The notes under the pieces: model-generated
Database searches by the model: none
Told to the model about the DNA's origin: nothing
Seen by the model: the letters and a program-made list of their open reading frames with translations, nothing else
Shown here: positions 9,504 through 19,553 of the stretch, piece by piece
How the letters are laid out: each line of letters starts with the position of its first letter
Position numbering within the stretch: position 1 is the stretch's first letter
DNA from: Clostridia bacterium
GTDB taxonomy: Bacteria > Bacillota > Clostridia > Christensenellales > UBA1242
Assembly: GCA_017503005.1 (NCBI GenBank)
Contig: JAFVTW010000022.1
Span: 46,949-110,948 of the forward strand
DNA: 64,000 bases
Direction: 5' to 3'
Made by a program: the position numbers and the translations under genes

Positions 9504-10727
9504 TTATCTTATATCAAATTTTGAGCAAAGTTTTAAAACTTCTGCTTTTACTCTAGATACAGCTTTTTGTTTGTTTTCTATGATATCTGCTATATATCTA
9601 GCTATCTTTATCATTTCTTTTTCTTTCATACCACGGCTGGTTACAGCAGGTGTACCTATTCTTACACCACTAGCTATAAATGCTTTTCTCTTTTCGTTTG
9701 GAACAGTATTTTTGTTTGTAGTGATGTGTGCTTTTTGTAGTAATGTCTCTAGCTCTAGACCAGTGATATCTCTATTTGATAGGTCTATTAGTATAAGGTG
9801 ATTGTCAGTGCCACCACTTACTAGTTCTACACCATGTCTTTTTAGTTCCTCTGCTAGTACTTGAGCATTTTTAACTACTTGTGTTTGGTATTTTACAAAG
9901 CTCTTGCTTAGTGCTTCTTTAAAGCATACAGCTTTTGCTGCGATTACATGCTCTAATGGACCACCTTGTGTGCCAGGGAAGATAGCTTTGTCTATCTTTT
10001 CTTTATATTCTTCTTTGCATAGAATAATACCACCTCTAGGTCCTCTTAGTGTTTTGTGTGTGGTAGAAGTTACAAAGTCAGCATATGGTACTGGGCTAGG
10101 GTGTAGTCCTGCAGCTACTAGACCTGCTATGTGTGCCATATCTACCATTAGATATGCACCTACTTCGTCAGCTATTTCTCTAAATTTCTTGAAGTCAATA
10201 ATTCTAGGATAAGCACTAGCACCACATACTATCATTTTTGGTTGGTGAGTTTTAGCTAATTCTCTAACAGTATCGTAATTGATAAATCCATTGTCATCTA
10301 CTCCGTAGCTAACAGCATTGAAGTATTTGCCAGAGATGTTTACCTTGCAACCGTGTGTAAGGTGACCACCGTCACTTAAATTCATACCCAAGATTGTGTC
10401 GCCAGGTTTTAGCATGGCAAAATATACTGCCATATTTGCATTTGCACCAGAGTGTGGTTGTACATTTGCATGGTCACAGCCAAATATTTGTTTTAATCTA
10501 TCGATTGCCAAGGATTCAACAACATCGATGTTTTCGCAACCACCATAGTATCTTTTGTTTGGATATCCTTCTGCATACTTATTTGTAAAACAGCTGCCCA
10601 TAGCTTCCAAAACTGCTTCGGACACATAGTTTTCGCTAGCTATAAGTTCTAGCCCTTCATGTTGTCTTTTTTCTTCTTTTTTAATTGCATTATATACTTT
10701 TTTGTCTACTAATTCTAATGTGCTCAT
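9504..10727 (-). CDS. glyA: serine hydroxymethyltransferase
   Basis: [12 protein letters not shown] site [13 protein letters not shown]; 407 aa. Confidence 0.95.
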   Translation of the reverse strand: MSTLELVDKKVYNAIKKEEKRQHEGLELIASENYVSEAVLEAMGSCFTNKYAEGYPNKRYYGGCENIDVVESLAIDRLKQIFGCDHANVQPHSGANANMAVYFAMLKPGDTILGMNLSDGGHLTHGCKVNISGKYFNAVSYGVDDNGFINYDTVRELAKTHQPKMIVCGASAYPRIIDFKKFREIADEVGAYLMVDMAHIAGLVAAGLHPSPVPYADFVTSTTHKTLRGPRGGIILCKEEYKEKIDKAIFPGTQGGPLEHVIAAKAVCFKEALSKSFVKYQTQVVKNAQVLAEELKRHGVELVSGGTDNHLILIDLSNRDITGLELETLLQKAHITTNKNTVPNEKRKAFIASGVRIGTPAVTSRGMKEKEMIKIARYIADIIENKQKAVSRVKAEVLKLCSKFDIR

Positions 10728-10934
10728 GTTGTTGCTCCTTTCTCTTTTATTTTTTCATATATATTCTAGCACTTTGGGTACCTATAGGCAAACAACCACA
10801 AAGGGTAATTTTTTAAATTTTTCACTAAAAATTTTTATATTTTCAAAAATATTTTTTTCTATATGTTTTTGGTGGTTATTTTTTTTATTTGGTGCTACAA
10901 TTAGGCGACAAAATTAAACATAAAGGGCAATGTT

Positions 10935-12779
10935 ATGAAAGATTTTGAAGAAAAGAAGTCCATTAAAGGCTTCCATAATTTAAAGAAGTACTTGTGTTAC
11001 TTCAAAAACTACAAATGGTTATGTATAGGGTTTTGGGCATCACTATTAGTTACAGGTGTTATAGGATTTTTTGCACCACTAGCACTAGGTAATGTAATTT
11101 CTAGTATGACTGTTACCCAAGACTTTACTATGGCAGTTACTTTTGCACTTATATATGCAGGCCTTCAATCAGCAGACCAGCTAGTATATATGGCTAGAGT
11201 GCCTTTGTTTAAGAAATTAGAAAACTATGTAAAACGAGATGTTAAAATGGACATCATTAGAGATAGTTTCAATATAAACATAGGCGAATTTGAGAAGCTA
11301 GGCAATGGTGCATTTATTACTAGACTTACAAACGACCTGAATTCTTTGGCTAATAGTTTCAAGTCAATCAGTGAAACTATAGTAAATTTTATGTCTAGAA
11401 TCGGTTTTATTGTATTTGTATTTATAACTAATGTGTGGTTGGGTTTATTCCTTCTTACATTTATTATTATAAGATACTTAGTATATCAAGTAAGAATACA
11501 TTACTTTGCTATTATGAAACCAGGTGTGCTAAAGAAGTCTGAGTATATCAACTCTATGATAGGCGAATCTATCAGAGGTATCAAGGATATCAAAACTTTG
11601 GGTCTTAGCTCAAATATTATAGGTCATGTAAACGAATTACAAGAAGACTTTATGAAAGCAGACAACAAAGAATGGTATGTGGGCTCAGCACTACTAATGC
11701 TTGCTAACTTTGTAAGTATTATTTGTAATTTCTTATTTATAGTATTGTGTATTTATTTGATAGGTTTAGGCAGATTAGATTTGACTATATTCTACTCAGT
11801 ATATGTGTACAAAAACTCTGTCATGGAATTTGCTGTACATTTAGGAAATTTGCAAGACTACTTCAAGGAAATCGAAGTAAATGCATTTAGGGTATTCCAA
11901 CTAGCAAACAACGAAACATACTTACACGATCAATTTGGCAATGTAAGTTTACCAGTATTCAATGGTAATATCGAATTTCAAAATGTAAGCTTCCAGTACG
12001 AAGAAGGCGAAAAAATTCTAGACGATGTTAGCTTCAAAATCTCTAGCAACCAACATATAGCTTTTGTAGGTGAGAGTGGCTGTGGTAAGAGTACTATTGT
12101 GGCACTTATATGTAAATTATACGATCCTACCGATGGTGTAATATTGTTTGACAATACAAACTCTAGAACCTTGTCACAAGACTTTGGTAAACATGTGGCA
12201 ATGGTAAACCAAGCACCATATCTATTCAACCTTACTATTAGAGAAAATATGCAATTAGTAAATAGTCGTGTAACAGACGAAGAAATCTTCCAAGCACTTA
12301 AATTTGCTAATGCTTATGAATTTGTAAAAGATTTGCCTTTAGGATTAGATAGCTTCTTAGGTGAAGGTGGTACTAGATTAAGTGGTGGTCAAAAGCAAAG
12401 AATTTGTATAGCTAGAGCATTACTTAAAAATTCTAAAGTTATCATATTTGACGAAGCTACTAGTGCACTAGACAATATTTCTCAAGAATATGTAATGGAA
12501 TCTATCGAAGAATTAAAGACAGACAAAACAATTATTACTATTGCTCACAGATTATCTACAATCGAAAATTGTGATGTTATATACTTTATAGATCAAGGCA
12601 AAATTATAGACTATGGTACTCACGAGTATCTATTAAAGAACAACAAAAAGTATAGTACTCTATACAACAAACAAAAGAAAGAAGACAAAGAACAAGCTCA
12701 AAAACAAGAAAAATTGCTTAGTGGTGGCGAGGCTGTGGTTACAAATTCTTCTACAGTGAACTTGCTACACGAAAACTAA
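10935..12779 (+). CDS. ABC transporter, fused permease/ATP-binding exporter
   Basis: N-terminal 6-TM domain, Walker A GESGCGKST, signature LSGGQKQR, Walker B IIFDEATSALD. Has a Lys/Glu-rich C-terminal tail. Confidence 0.85.
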   Translation: MKDFEEKKSIKGFHNLKKYLCYFKNYKWLCIGFWASLLVTGVIGFFAPLALGNVISSMTVTQDFTMAVTFALIYAGLQSADQLVYMARVPLFKKLENYVKRDVKMDIIRDSFNINIGEFEKLGNGAFITRLTNDLNSLANSFKSISETIVNFMSRIGFIVFVFITNVWLGLFLLTFIIIRYLVYQVRIHYFAIMKPGVLKKSEYINSMIGESIRGIKDIKTLGLSSNIIGHVNELQEDFMKADNKEWYVGSALLMLANFVSIICNFLFIVLCIYLIGLGRLDLTIFYSVYVYKNSVMEFAVHLGNLQDYFKEIEVNAFRVFQLANNETYLHDQFGNVSLPVFNGNIEFQNVSFQYEEGEKILDDVSFKISSNQHIAFVGESGCGKSTIVALICKLYDPTDGVILFDNTNSRTLSQDFGKHVAMVNQAPYLFNLTIRENMQLVNSRVTDEEIFQALKFANAYEFVKDLPLGLDSFLGEGGTRLSGGQKQRICIARALLKNSKVIIFDEATSALDNISQEYVMESIEELKTDKTIITIAHRLSTIENCDVIYFIDQGKIIDYGTHEYLLKNNKKYSTLYNKQKKEDKEQAQKQEKLLSGGEAVVTNSSTVNLLHEN

Positions 12780-12908
12780 AATATTAAACAGGCACAAAAT
12801 TTGTGTCTGTTTTTCTTTGTGTTGACAACAAATGTGGGATTTTTATCACAAATATTGTCAAAAGATGTAAAAATATAAAAAATTTTTTAAAATTTTGTAA
12901 AATAAGTA

Positions 12909-12937
12909 TTGCATTTTCTAAATCACTAGCATATAAT
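12909..12937 (+). promoter_or_regulatory. sigma-A type promoter of the ncRNA unit
   Basis: TTGCAT (12909-12914), 17-nt spacer, TATAAT (12932-12937). Confidence 0.6.
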
Positions 12938-12943
12938 ACTACT

Positions 12944-13562
12944 ACTAAGGTTAAACACCTTAAGTCACAATATTTGTATCTAGGTGCACAACTGGTTTAC
13001 CCCAGTCCCTAGATAGTGCCGAAAAAGTGGATTGTTCTCGACTGATAGGTTTAGAATAACAGCCATTGTGATAAATGTGAATTTATTACAGAAGTCCAAA
13101 AGACAACTTAAGGCATTAGTGCAACCATACAACTTGATAAGTTAGGCAGATCTATCGCAATCACAATAGACGCTCCGGTGGAGAATAACCCTTACACAGT
13201 TTGGCAGGTAGTGCTGAGAATATGCAGGGGAACACTAATAAGGTTGTTAGACTTGAAGTTGCGAAAGCAATGTATAAGATAGATTGTCGTAAGAGTAGCC
13301 GTATGTCTAGCGAAAGGATATCGCAAAACCCTTCTAAGGTTCTGAATGTTCGGTGAAATTTGGTGGCAACATTCCACTTACTGCATCTGTTATGGGCAAG
13401 AAGTGTAGGGGTCGCTCCCTTATGCTCAGACTTGTTCTCAGTATGAACGAATAATCATTTTGTATGTCATTGTAAGGCGAAGGTCTACAAATATTGTGAC
13501 TTAAGGTGTTTAAACTTGTTTAAGGAAAACAATCTCTAACCAAATCGGTTAGAGTTTTTTTG
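12944..13562 (+). ncRNA. candidate large structured non-coding RNA (~0.6 kb), family unassigned
   Basis: Bounded by a promoter and an intrinsic terminator, with no credible ORF. 12951-12978 is the perfect reverse complement of 13486-13513 (28 bp). The interior is GC-enriched relative to its flanks and contains GNRA-capped hairpins, e.g. ttgc-gaaa-gcaa at 13259-13270. Confidence 0.55.
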
Positions 13563-13567
13563 TTTTT
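13534..13567 (+). terminator. intrinsic terminator of the ncRNA unit
   Basis: Stem ctctaacc/ggttagag, 5-nt loop, then TTTTTTTGTTTTTT. Confidence 0.75.
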
Positions 13568-13667
13568 TAAGCAAAAATTTGCTATGTATATGCAAATAAA
13601 AGTTAAATGAGTTTTAACTTTTAAATTATTGTGGTATGCTAATAAGGTAAATACTGGGGAGGATACT

Positions 13668-14162
13668 ATGGCTACACATAATTATATGTTTGCTCACGAG
13701 CTTATCAAAGTTATCAATTCTAATAAAGATTTCTTTCTAAATACTATAGCTCCAAATCCAAAAAATATGGAGTACTTCATTAGTACAGATGCTCCTAGAA
13801 TTATTTTTAAAGAGTACAATATGCCAGAAATGGTTGTGCCTGTTAAATCTATTACTGGAGATATCAAACAATCTACTGACAAGATTTTGTTGTTTATACA
13901 ATTTGGCGAAGATTTTGTAAACGAATTATTAGATAGCTATGCATTAGCTTTGTCGATTGCTGATAATGGAAATGTTAGACTGTTTACATTTGAAAAAGGT
14001 GCAAGCATTACTGGTGCTGAAATGGGTTTTGTATGTGAATATCGTTATGATAGTTCTCATGTGAACTATGGTGGAATGGCTAATGTGAATATGATGGACT
14101 TCTTTAATCGAGTTGTGGAAGTGTTAAAAGAAGACAGTGGAGAACAAACAGTAGAAGAATAA
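13668..14162 (+). CDS. hypothetical protein (164 aa)
   Basis: ATG preceded by GGGGAGG. No motif recognised. Confidence 0.5.
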   Translation: MATHNYMFAHELIKVINSNKDFFLNTIAPNPKNMEYFISTDAPRIIFKEYNMPEMVVPVKSITGDIKQSTDKILLFIQFGEDFVNELLDSYALALSIADNGNVRLFTFEKGASITGAEMGFVCEYRYDSSHVNYGGMANVNMMDFFNRVVEVLKEDSGEQTVEE

Positions 14163-14192
14163 AATAAAAAGAACTAGCATCGCTAGTTCTTT

Positions 14193-14783
14193 TTATTTGT
14201 TTATTTGATTGTCTATATTTCTAATAGCTCTTTTTTGTGCTACTTGTAGTTTAGGAATATTGTATCGAAGTATACATATAGGTAGAATGTTTAAAAATAG
14301 ATTTACCATACATATAGGTAGTGCGATGTATATACTCATCTTGCCTGGCAGTAGTAGCATATAGCTAAACCCTGCTATCATTCCTGCTATGTGTACAAAT
14401 ATCCCTTTGTTTGACTCTAGCATAAACTGCTCAAAATAAGCAGGATTTGCAGGGTCGTTGATTTTTGCTTTGCTAAATCCTCCTAATCCACCCAGTTCCC
14501 ACACTTTATCCTTCCATTTTTTGATGCCTAGTTTTTCATAGAATAGTTGTTCTTTTTTTGATACTTGATATAATTTTTTATTTGGTGTAAACCAGCTATC
14601 TGGTAGCCACTTGCTTACAACTACGGCAAATATTGCATCTATGCCAAACTGAAATACTACACCTATGACTACTAGGGTGATGACTACTAGTGCACTAGAG
14701 TATATAGTTCCTACACAAAATATGATATTTGGTATGCTGATAAGAATCATTGCTATAAATATAATGGTTAAATATAGTATCAT
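14193..14783 (-). CDS. membrane protein, possibly CrtO-like glycolipid acyltransferase family
   Basis: Polytopic protein with an FYEKLGIKKWKDKV segment recalled from that family. 4-nt overlap with the upstream acyltransferase gene. Confidence 0.4.
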   Translation of the reverse strand: MILYLTIIFIAMILISIPNIIFCVGTIYSSALVVITLVVIGVVFQFGIDAIFAVVVSKWLPDSWFTPNKKLYQVSKKEQLFYEKLGIKKWKDKVWELGGLGGFSKAKINDPANPAYFEQFMLESNKGIFVHIAGMIAGFSYMLLLPGKMSIYIALPICMVNLFLNILPICILRYNIPKLQVAQKRAIRNIDNQINK

Positions 14784-15628
14784 AGTCCACTCACTTTTGC
14801 ATCAGTAGAATATTCTAGTTTGGTATGATAAAACTTTTCGTAAGTATCTACCCATGCTTTGTAGTTTTGATTTTTTAACCTTTGTATATCTTCGTTTTTG
14901 CTCAACTCTGGGTTTGGGTACATAGCAGGTAGTATGTTTATGGTGTATTCTTGTACAAAAAATCCGTTACGGTCTAGAGTTGTGCCGTCTTCCATTGTTA
15001 TGAATATAGGTACTATAGGCACATTGTTAGATACAGCAAATTTGTATGCTCCATTCATTAGTGGTCTAGGTTTTCTATAGTTCCACCACATTCCTTGCTC
15101 AGGGTATATTAGTATTTTTTCGCCTTTGGCTAGTAGTGTTTTCATAGCAGAAAAGAATAGTTTCATTGTGTCGGTGTTTGAGCTAAGGGGTAGGGTATTG
15201 CAGTGTTTAAAGAAAAATCCTATTATACCAGGAAAGTTTGTGTAATTGCCTTCTCTAATTACTTTCCACAATTTCTTGCCGTGCAAATATGGTTTGATTG
15301 CTTTGTATACGGCATAGTTGTCGAAAGCATTGAAGTGGTTGCAAGTAATAATGGCTCCACCTTCTATTGATGCGAAGTTTTCTATACCATTTACTTGTTT
15401 GATTGCAAACTGACCTTCTTTTATTTGCTCTTCAAAGAATTTTGTGCCCATTTTGTTGGCTATTACAGTGCCTATTTTGCTACTAAGTTTCTTATTAAGA
15501 TAATCTACTTTGTCTGGCATAAGTATTTTAGTAGGTGGGTCATTTTCTACATCTTCATGAAATAGACCAAGTTTTTCTTTTTCTTCTATCCTTTTTAAAA
15601 CATCTAATCTGTCTTGTGATTTTTCCAT
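14780..15628 (-). CDS. lysophospholipid (PlsC-type) acyltransferase
   Basis: HX4D motif NHFNAFD and YPEQGMW block. Confidence 0.7.
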   Translation of the reverse strand: MEKSQDRLDVLKRIEEKEKLGLFHEDVENDPPTKILMPDKVDYLNKKLSSKIGTVIANKMGTKFFEEQIKEGQFAIKQVNGIENFASIEGGAIITCNHFNAFDNYAVYKAIKPYLHGKKLWKVIREGNYTNFPGIIGFFFKHCNTLPLSSNTDTMKLFFSAMKTLLAKGEKILIYPEQGMWWNYRKPRPLMNGAYKFAVSNNVPIVPIFITMEDGTTLDRNGFFVQEYTINILPAMYPNPELSKNEDIQRLKNQNYKAWVDTYEKFYHTKLEYSTDAKVSGL

Positions 15629-15643
15629 TGTTGCCTCGTATAT

Positions 15644-16627
15644 TTATATATTGCAGTTGTTTAATACTTTTTGACCAAACACAATGTTGTTGAAAGTGTT
15701 GGTAGAATTAATAATCTTTAGGGCATGGTCCACTATTTGGATATTGGCCCTTTCCTTTTTTGCCTTGTCTTCGTCAGTAAATGCCGCTTTGATTTCTTTT
15801 ATTTTGCTAGCAAAAGGTGATTTTTGGGCATATTCCCAGAAAAGACTCCCGTTTATTACATCATCTACTTGCCACGGCTTTTTGTATAGACAGTAGTGAA
15901 CTAGGTTTAGTTCGCCTTCAGTTTTGTTTTGTAATGCGGCCTTGTTCCAGCCATTAGGTAGATACTTTATTTTTCCATTACACAATACATTGATATAGTC
16001 TTGGTCTGGTGCGATTGTATCAAAGTTGTAGTGTTCTACTAAGTATGCAAATTTATTCTCTATATTGTGTTCTCTAAACTTGTCAAGATTCATTAGCATT
16101 ACACCAGCATTGATGTAATTTTGATGTTGAATGCCTAGTGCTATACTGGTGTATTGTCTAAATTCTTCTTTTCCTGCTATCACTTGGTCAGGTATAGCGG
16201 CTATTATATTATCCCCCATATTAGTGTTGTATAATTTTGATATGTCGCCTAGTACTACTAGGTCGCAATCTAAGTACAACACTTTGGAATATTGTGGAAA
16301 TAGTGATTGTATAAATAATCTGTAGTAGGTGGCTAGCCCAAAGTGATATACATTTTTTAGCTTATCTTTTAAGCCTTCTACTGCTTCGCTTATATCTACA
16401 AAATTGATTGTAAAGTTTTTGTTTTCTTGTCTTTTGACTATATCTACATTTTCTTTTCTAAGACCAGTGTTCAGCACATTGATTATATATTTGTACTTCT
16501 TAGATGCATTTGTGATTATTGAATTTATACTTACATCTAAAAATGGTATATAATTATCGTCTGTAGCAAAGAAGATGGGTATCTCTTTTTGCTTCTTTTT
16601 AGCGAGTGTTATTTTTTTTGTTTTCAT
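15644..16627 (-). CDS. glycosyltransferase family 8
   Basis: FATDDNYIPFL, LYLDCDLVV (DxD) and INAGVMLMNL motifs. Confidence 0.85.
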   Translation of the reverse strand: MKTKKITLAKKKQKEIPIFFATDDNYIPFLDVSINSIITNASKKYKYIINVLNTGLRKENVDIVKRQENKNFTINFVDISEAVEGLKDKLKNVYHFGLATYYRLFIQSLFPQYSKVLYLDCDLVVLGDISKLYNTNMGDNIIAAIPDQVIAGKEEFRQYTSIALGIQHQNYINAGVMLMNLDKFREHNIENKFAYLVEHYNFDTIAPDQDYINVLCNGKIKYLPNGWNKAALQNKTEGELNLVHYCLYKKPWQVDDVINGSLFWEYAQKSPFASKIKEIKAAFTDEDKAKKERANIQIVDHALKIINSTNTFNNIVFGQKVLNNCNI

Positions 16628-16716
16628 ATTAAATTCTCCTCGAATATAGTATCTAATTTATACTTCTAATTTATCAAAGAAAATAATAGATTTCCTATTG
16701 AAAGATTTGTTTGGTG

Positions 16717-16847
16717 TTCCCAACTTATTCTTGTGATGTGGGAATATCCATTTTGCAATTCCCACTATATGGGAATGTGTATAAAATATGGCTTTATTTC
16801 GAGTTTTAATTTTGTATTTTTTAAAAGTACAAAAAACAGAATTCCCA
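16717..16847. promoter_or_regulatory. array of five TGGGAA(T)/(A)TTCCCA half-sites in a divergent promoter region
   Basis: ttccca 16717-16722; gtgggaat 16738-16745; attcccac 16758-16765; tgggaat 16770-16776; attccca 16841-16847. Two perfect inverted pairs have 12-nt and 5-nt spacers. Confidence 0.45.
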
Positions 16848-16911
16848 TAGAGAAAAATCAGCGAAGCTGTTTTTAGTTGTGAAAAATTTTAATAATTGAT
16901 AAAATATATAT

Positions 16912-17508
16912 GTGGAAAAAGATATAAAAGAAATAATTGCTAAAAACTTAATAACTTTAAGAAAGAAACACGGCTTTACACAAAACGATTTGGCAAAGAA
17001 AATCAACTACTCAGACAATGCTATATCCAGGTGGGAAAGAGCAGAACTGGCTCCTAGTGTAGAAGTACTAGAAAGTATTGCTAAAGTATACAATGTGCCT
17101 ATAGAGTATTTACTAAAAGAGCAGATTGATAAAGAGCTAGACAAACAAGATAGGGGTGTAATTATCAATAAATTTGCAACTACTCTACTTTCTGTAATGA
17201 TTGTTTGGTCAGCTGTTACTGTAGCTTTTGTGTACTACAACACTTTTGTTGGTGTAAATATGTGGAAAATGTTTATCTGGGCACTCCCTGCTTCTTGCAT
17301 TATACTATTGTTGTTTAGTAGATACTGGGACAATAGAGTGTATAAGTTTGTGGTGTTGACAGTATTAAACTGGACTTGTTTGCTTTCAGTATATTTAACA
17401 TTTATTGAATACAATATGTGGCTAATATTTTTGGTGGGTGTACCTACACAAGGAGCCTTGGTGGTTTCTTCATTTATCAAAAATAAAAATAATGCGGAGA
17501 AGAAATAA
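16912..17508 (+). CDS. XRE-family HTH regulator fused to a C-terminal 4-TM domain
   Basis: N-terminal LRKKHGFTQNDLAKKINYSDNAISRWERAE followed by hydrophobic helices. The GTG start lies 7 nt after an extended -10 (TGaTAAAAT). Confidence 0.7.
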   Translation: MEKDIKEIIAKNLITLRKKHGFTQNDLAKKINYSDNAISRWERAELAPSVEVLESIAKVYNVPIEYLLKEQIDKELDKQDRGVIINKFATTLLSVMIVWSAVTVAFVYYNTFVGVNMWKMFIWALPASCIILLLFSRYWDNRVYKFVVLTVLNWTCLLSVYLTFIEYNMWLIFLVGVPTQGALVVSSFIKNKNNAEKK

Positions 17509-18308
17509 TGGACGAGAAAGAGTTGGTTCAAGAAAATTCTACAGAACAAAAACCTGTAGACCGTAAACTAAAGAGAAAGTGGTGGTTTAGATTACTAAAA
17601 AAAATGATGAAATCTAGATACAAAGAACCTAGATTTATCTATTTAGGCGAAGAAGTCGGTGAAGGTGGAGTGCTACTTTCAAATCACGAAGGTACAGATG
17701 CTCCTATGTCTCTAGAAATATATATGAATGCTCCACTTCGTATGTGGGGAGCTAGTGAGATGAATTCAGGACTTATCAAGATGTACAAATATCAAACTAG
17801 AGTATACTATCACGAGAAAAAACATTGGAACTTACACTTAGCTAGATTGTTCTGTTTGATTGCTTCACCACTTACAAATTTGTTTTATAAAGGTTTGAGT
17901 TTGATTTCTACATACAGAGATGCAAACTTTGTAAAGACAATCAAAGAAAGTATGGAGGCTATCAAACAAGGACACAATATCGTGGTATATCCAGAAGATT
18001 CTACTAAAGGATATTTGAGTGAACTAGAAGGTTTTCATCCTGGATTTGTAGTATTTGCAAATTATGCTCTAAAGCACGGATATGATTTGCCTATATATGT
18101 TACATATTTTAGGAAGAGCGATAGAACATATATTATCGACAAACCATTTATGTATTCTACCTTGGCAAATCAAGGTCTTTCAAAAGAAGAAATTGCTGAT
18201 AAGCTAAGACTAAGATGTAACGAGTTGGGCAAAATGTATTTTGATGCTGAGGGCAATCTTATTGAAAATGCTAATGGGCAAACAAATAGCGAAAATACAG
18301 AAGCATAA
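17508..18308 (+). CDS. acyltransferase (PlsC-like)
   Basis: HX4D-type motif NHEGTD and VYPEDSTKG block. Start overlaps the upstream stop. Confidence 0.55.
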   Translation: MDEKELVQENSTEQKPVDRKLKRKWWFRLLKKMMKSRYKEPRFIYLGEEVGEGGVLLSNHEGTDAPMSLEIYMNAPLRMWGASEMNSGLIKMYKYQTRVYYHEKKHWNLHLARLFCLIASPLTNLFYKGLSLISTYRDANFVKTIKESMEAIKQGHNIVVYPEDSTKGYLSELEGFHPGFVVFANYALKHGYDLPIYVTYFRKSDRTYIIDKPFMYSTLANQGLSKEEIADKLRLRCNELGKMYFDAEGNLIENANGQTNSENTEA

Positions 18309-18363
18309 TACGATACAGAACAAGAAAAAACTCCCAAATTTGGGAGTTTTTTTGTTTGTATTA

Positions 18364-19341
18364 TTAAATTCCTAAACTATATATATACTTGCTTCTTACA
18401 CGATTTACAAGTTTGTATTTGCTACTAGCATTTTCAAATCCTACAAATACTCTATCATTTACTAGAGCTACTTCTTCTGTCATTGCAGGACATGTGATAT
18501 TGTCTAACAATGTAGTATTGTCTAGTATGTATGTTTTGATAGATTGATCAGCAATTGTTATGGTAGTGTAATTGTTGCTTTCTAAAATATTTTTGTGTAT
18601 GTATAAGTGACTATCAAATATTGAATAAGATGTAGATAGTACTATATTGCCATCTTTATTTAGGCACATGCCTTGTACGATATCTGGTAGAGATATCGCA
18701 TATTCTGGAGTAGTAGAATTTACACCGTATTTATTGTGTTCGTTGATGTTGTATACAAAGCCCAAAGCTCTGTTGGTACCATTTTGGGTTTTAACAGCAT
18801 GAGATGGGTCTGTTTCAAATGATTTTTGTCTATAGAATTCGCCTACAACCAGCTTGTTGTTGTACACTGTAAGGAAGTCGGTATTGTTAGGGATTAAGAA
18901 TTCGTCTAGAGCTTCTACACTGTGACCATTGATTGTGTTTAAAACATCTACCATATTTATTCTAAATACACTGTTGGTTCCTGTAACCCAAATAGTGTTT
19001 TGGTAGCTGGTTATTCCACCAAAGTGGTCACAAGCTAGTTCTTCATCTAGTTCTACAGTTACATATTTTTCGCAATTATATGTGTTGCCATCTACTATAT
19101 ATATTCTAGAACCGTCGCCATTTGCCATATATCCACTTACTAGAAATTTAGAATGTTTTTCGTTATAGTCTAAGCCTTGTGGGACAAATGATGTATCTAG
19201 TCCTGGCATCAAAAATTCTTTCTTTGATAAGTTGTTAAAGTCTACAAAAAATGCACCAAAGAAATATATGATTAGTGTGGATATAATTATGGTTGCAAGT
19301 ATGCAAACTACAGGTATCCAAATTTTCCTTCTTCTTGCCAT
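18364..19341 (-). CDS. N-terminally membrane-anchored extracytoplasmic protein, function unknown
   Basis: Arg-rich N-terminus plus a single TM, then a ~290-aa beta-rich domain. Confidence 0.5.
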   Translation of the reverse strand: MARRRKIWIPVVCILATIIISTLIIYFFGAFFVDFNNLSKKEFLMPGLDTSFVPQGLDYNEKHSKFLVSGYMANGDGSRIYIVDGNTYNCEKYVTVELDEELACDHFGGITSYQNTIWVTGTNSVFRINMVDVLNTINGHSVEALDEFLIPNNTDFLTVYNNKLVVGEFYRQKSFETDPSHAVKTQNGTNRALGFVYNINEHNKYGVNSTTPEYAISLPDIVQGMCLNKDGNIVLSTSYSIFDSHLYIHKNILESNNYTTITIADQSIKTYILDNTTLLDNITCPAMTEEVALVNDRVFVGFENASSKYKLVNRVRSKYIYSLGI

Positions 19342-19553
19342 AAAATTTTTCCTTTTTCACTCTTTTTTTGAAATATACCATATTATAATTTTGTAAGCAA
19401 ATAAATTGGACTAAATTGATATAATGTGTGTGATTTGTACAAATGAAACAAAATGAAAGTATATTATATTTTGTGGGGTGTAAGTATGGTTTTAGATTGG
19501 ATTTATTTTGTTTTTTGTGCTAGTATAATAAAAAAATTTAGGAGATAATTAAA

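Noticed and set aside
9484-10588. Plus-strand ORFs 9484-9801, 9904-10212 and 10394-10588
   Set aside because: They are entirely antisense to the well-supported glyA gene and are low-complexity shadow frames.
12803-13377. ORFs 12803-13012 (+, 69 aa) and 13192-13377 (-, 61 aa) in the ncRNA region
   Set aside because: The first spans the promoter and the 5' arm of the 28-bp helix and has no RBS. The second is antisense, has no RBS and has odd composition. Both are better explained as chance frames within a structured RNA locus.
12944-13562. Identification of the large RNA as RNase P RNA, tmRNA, SRP RNA or 6S RNA
   Set aside because: No GGAAAGUCC / ACAGAA..GGCUUA core and no tRNA-like GGGG...CCA ends with T-arm were found. 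The length (~0.6 kb) fits none of these RNAs.
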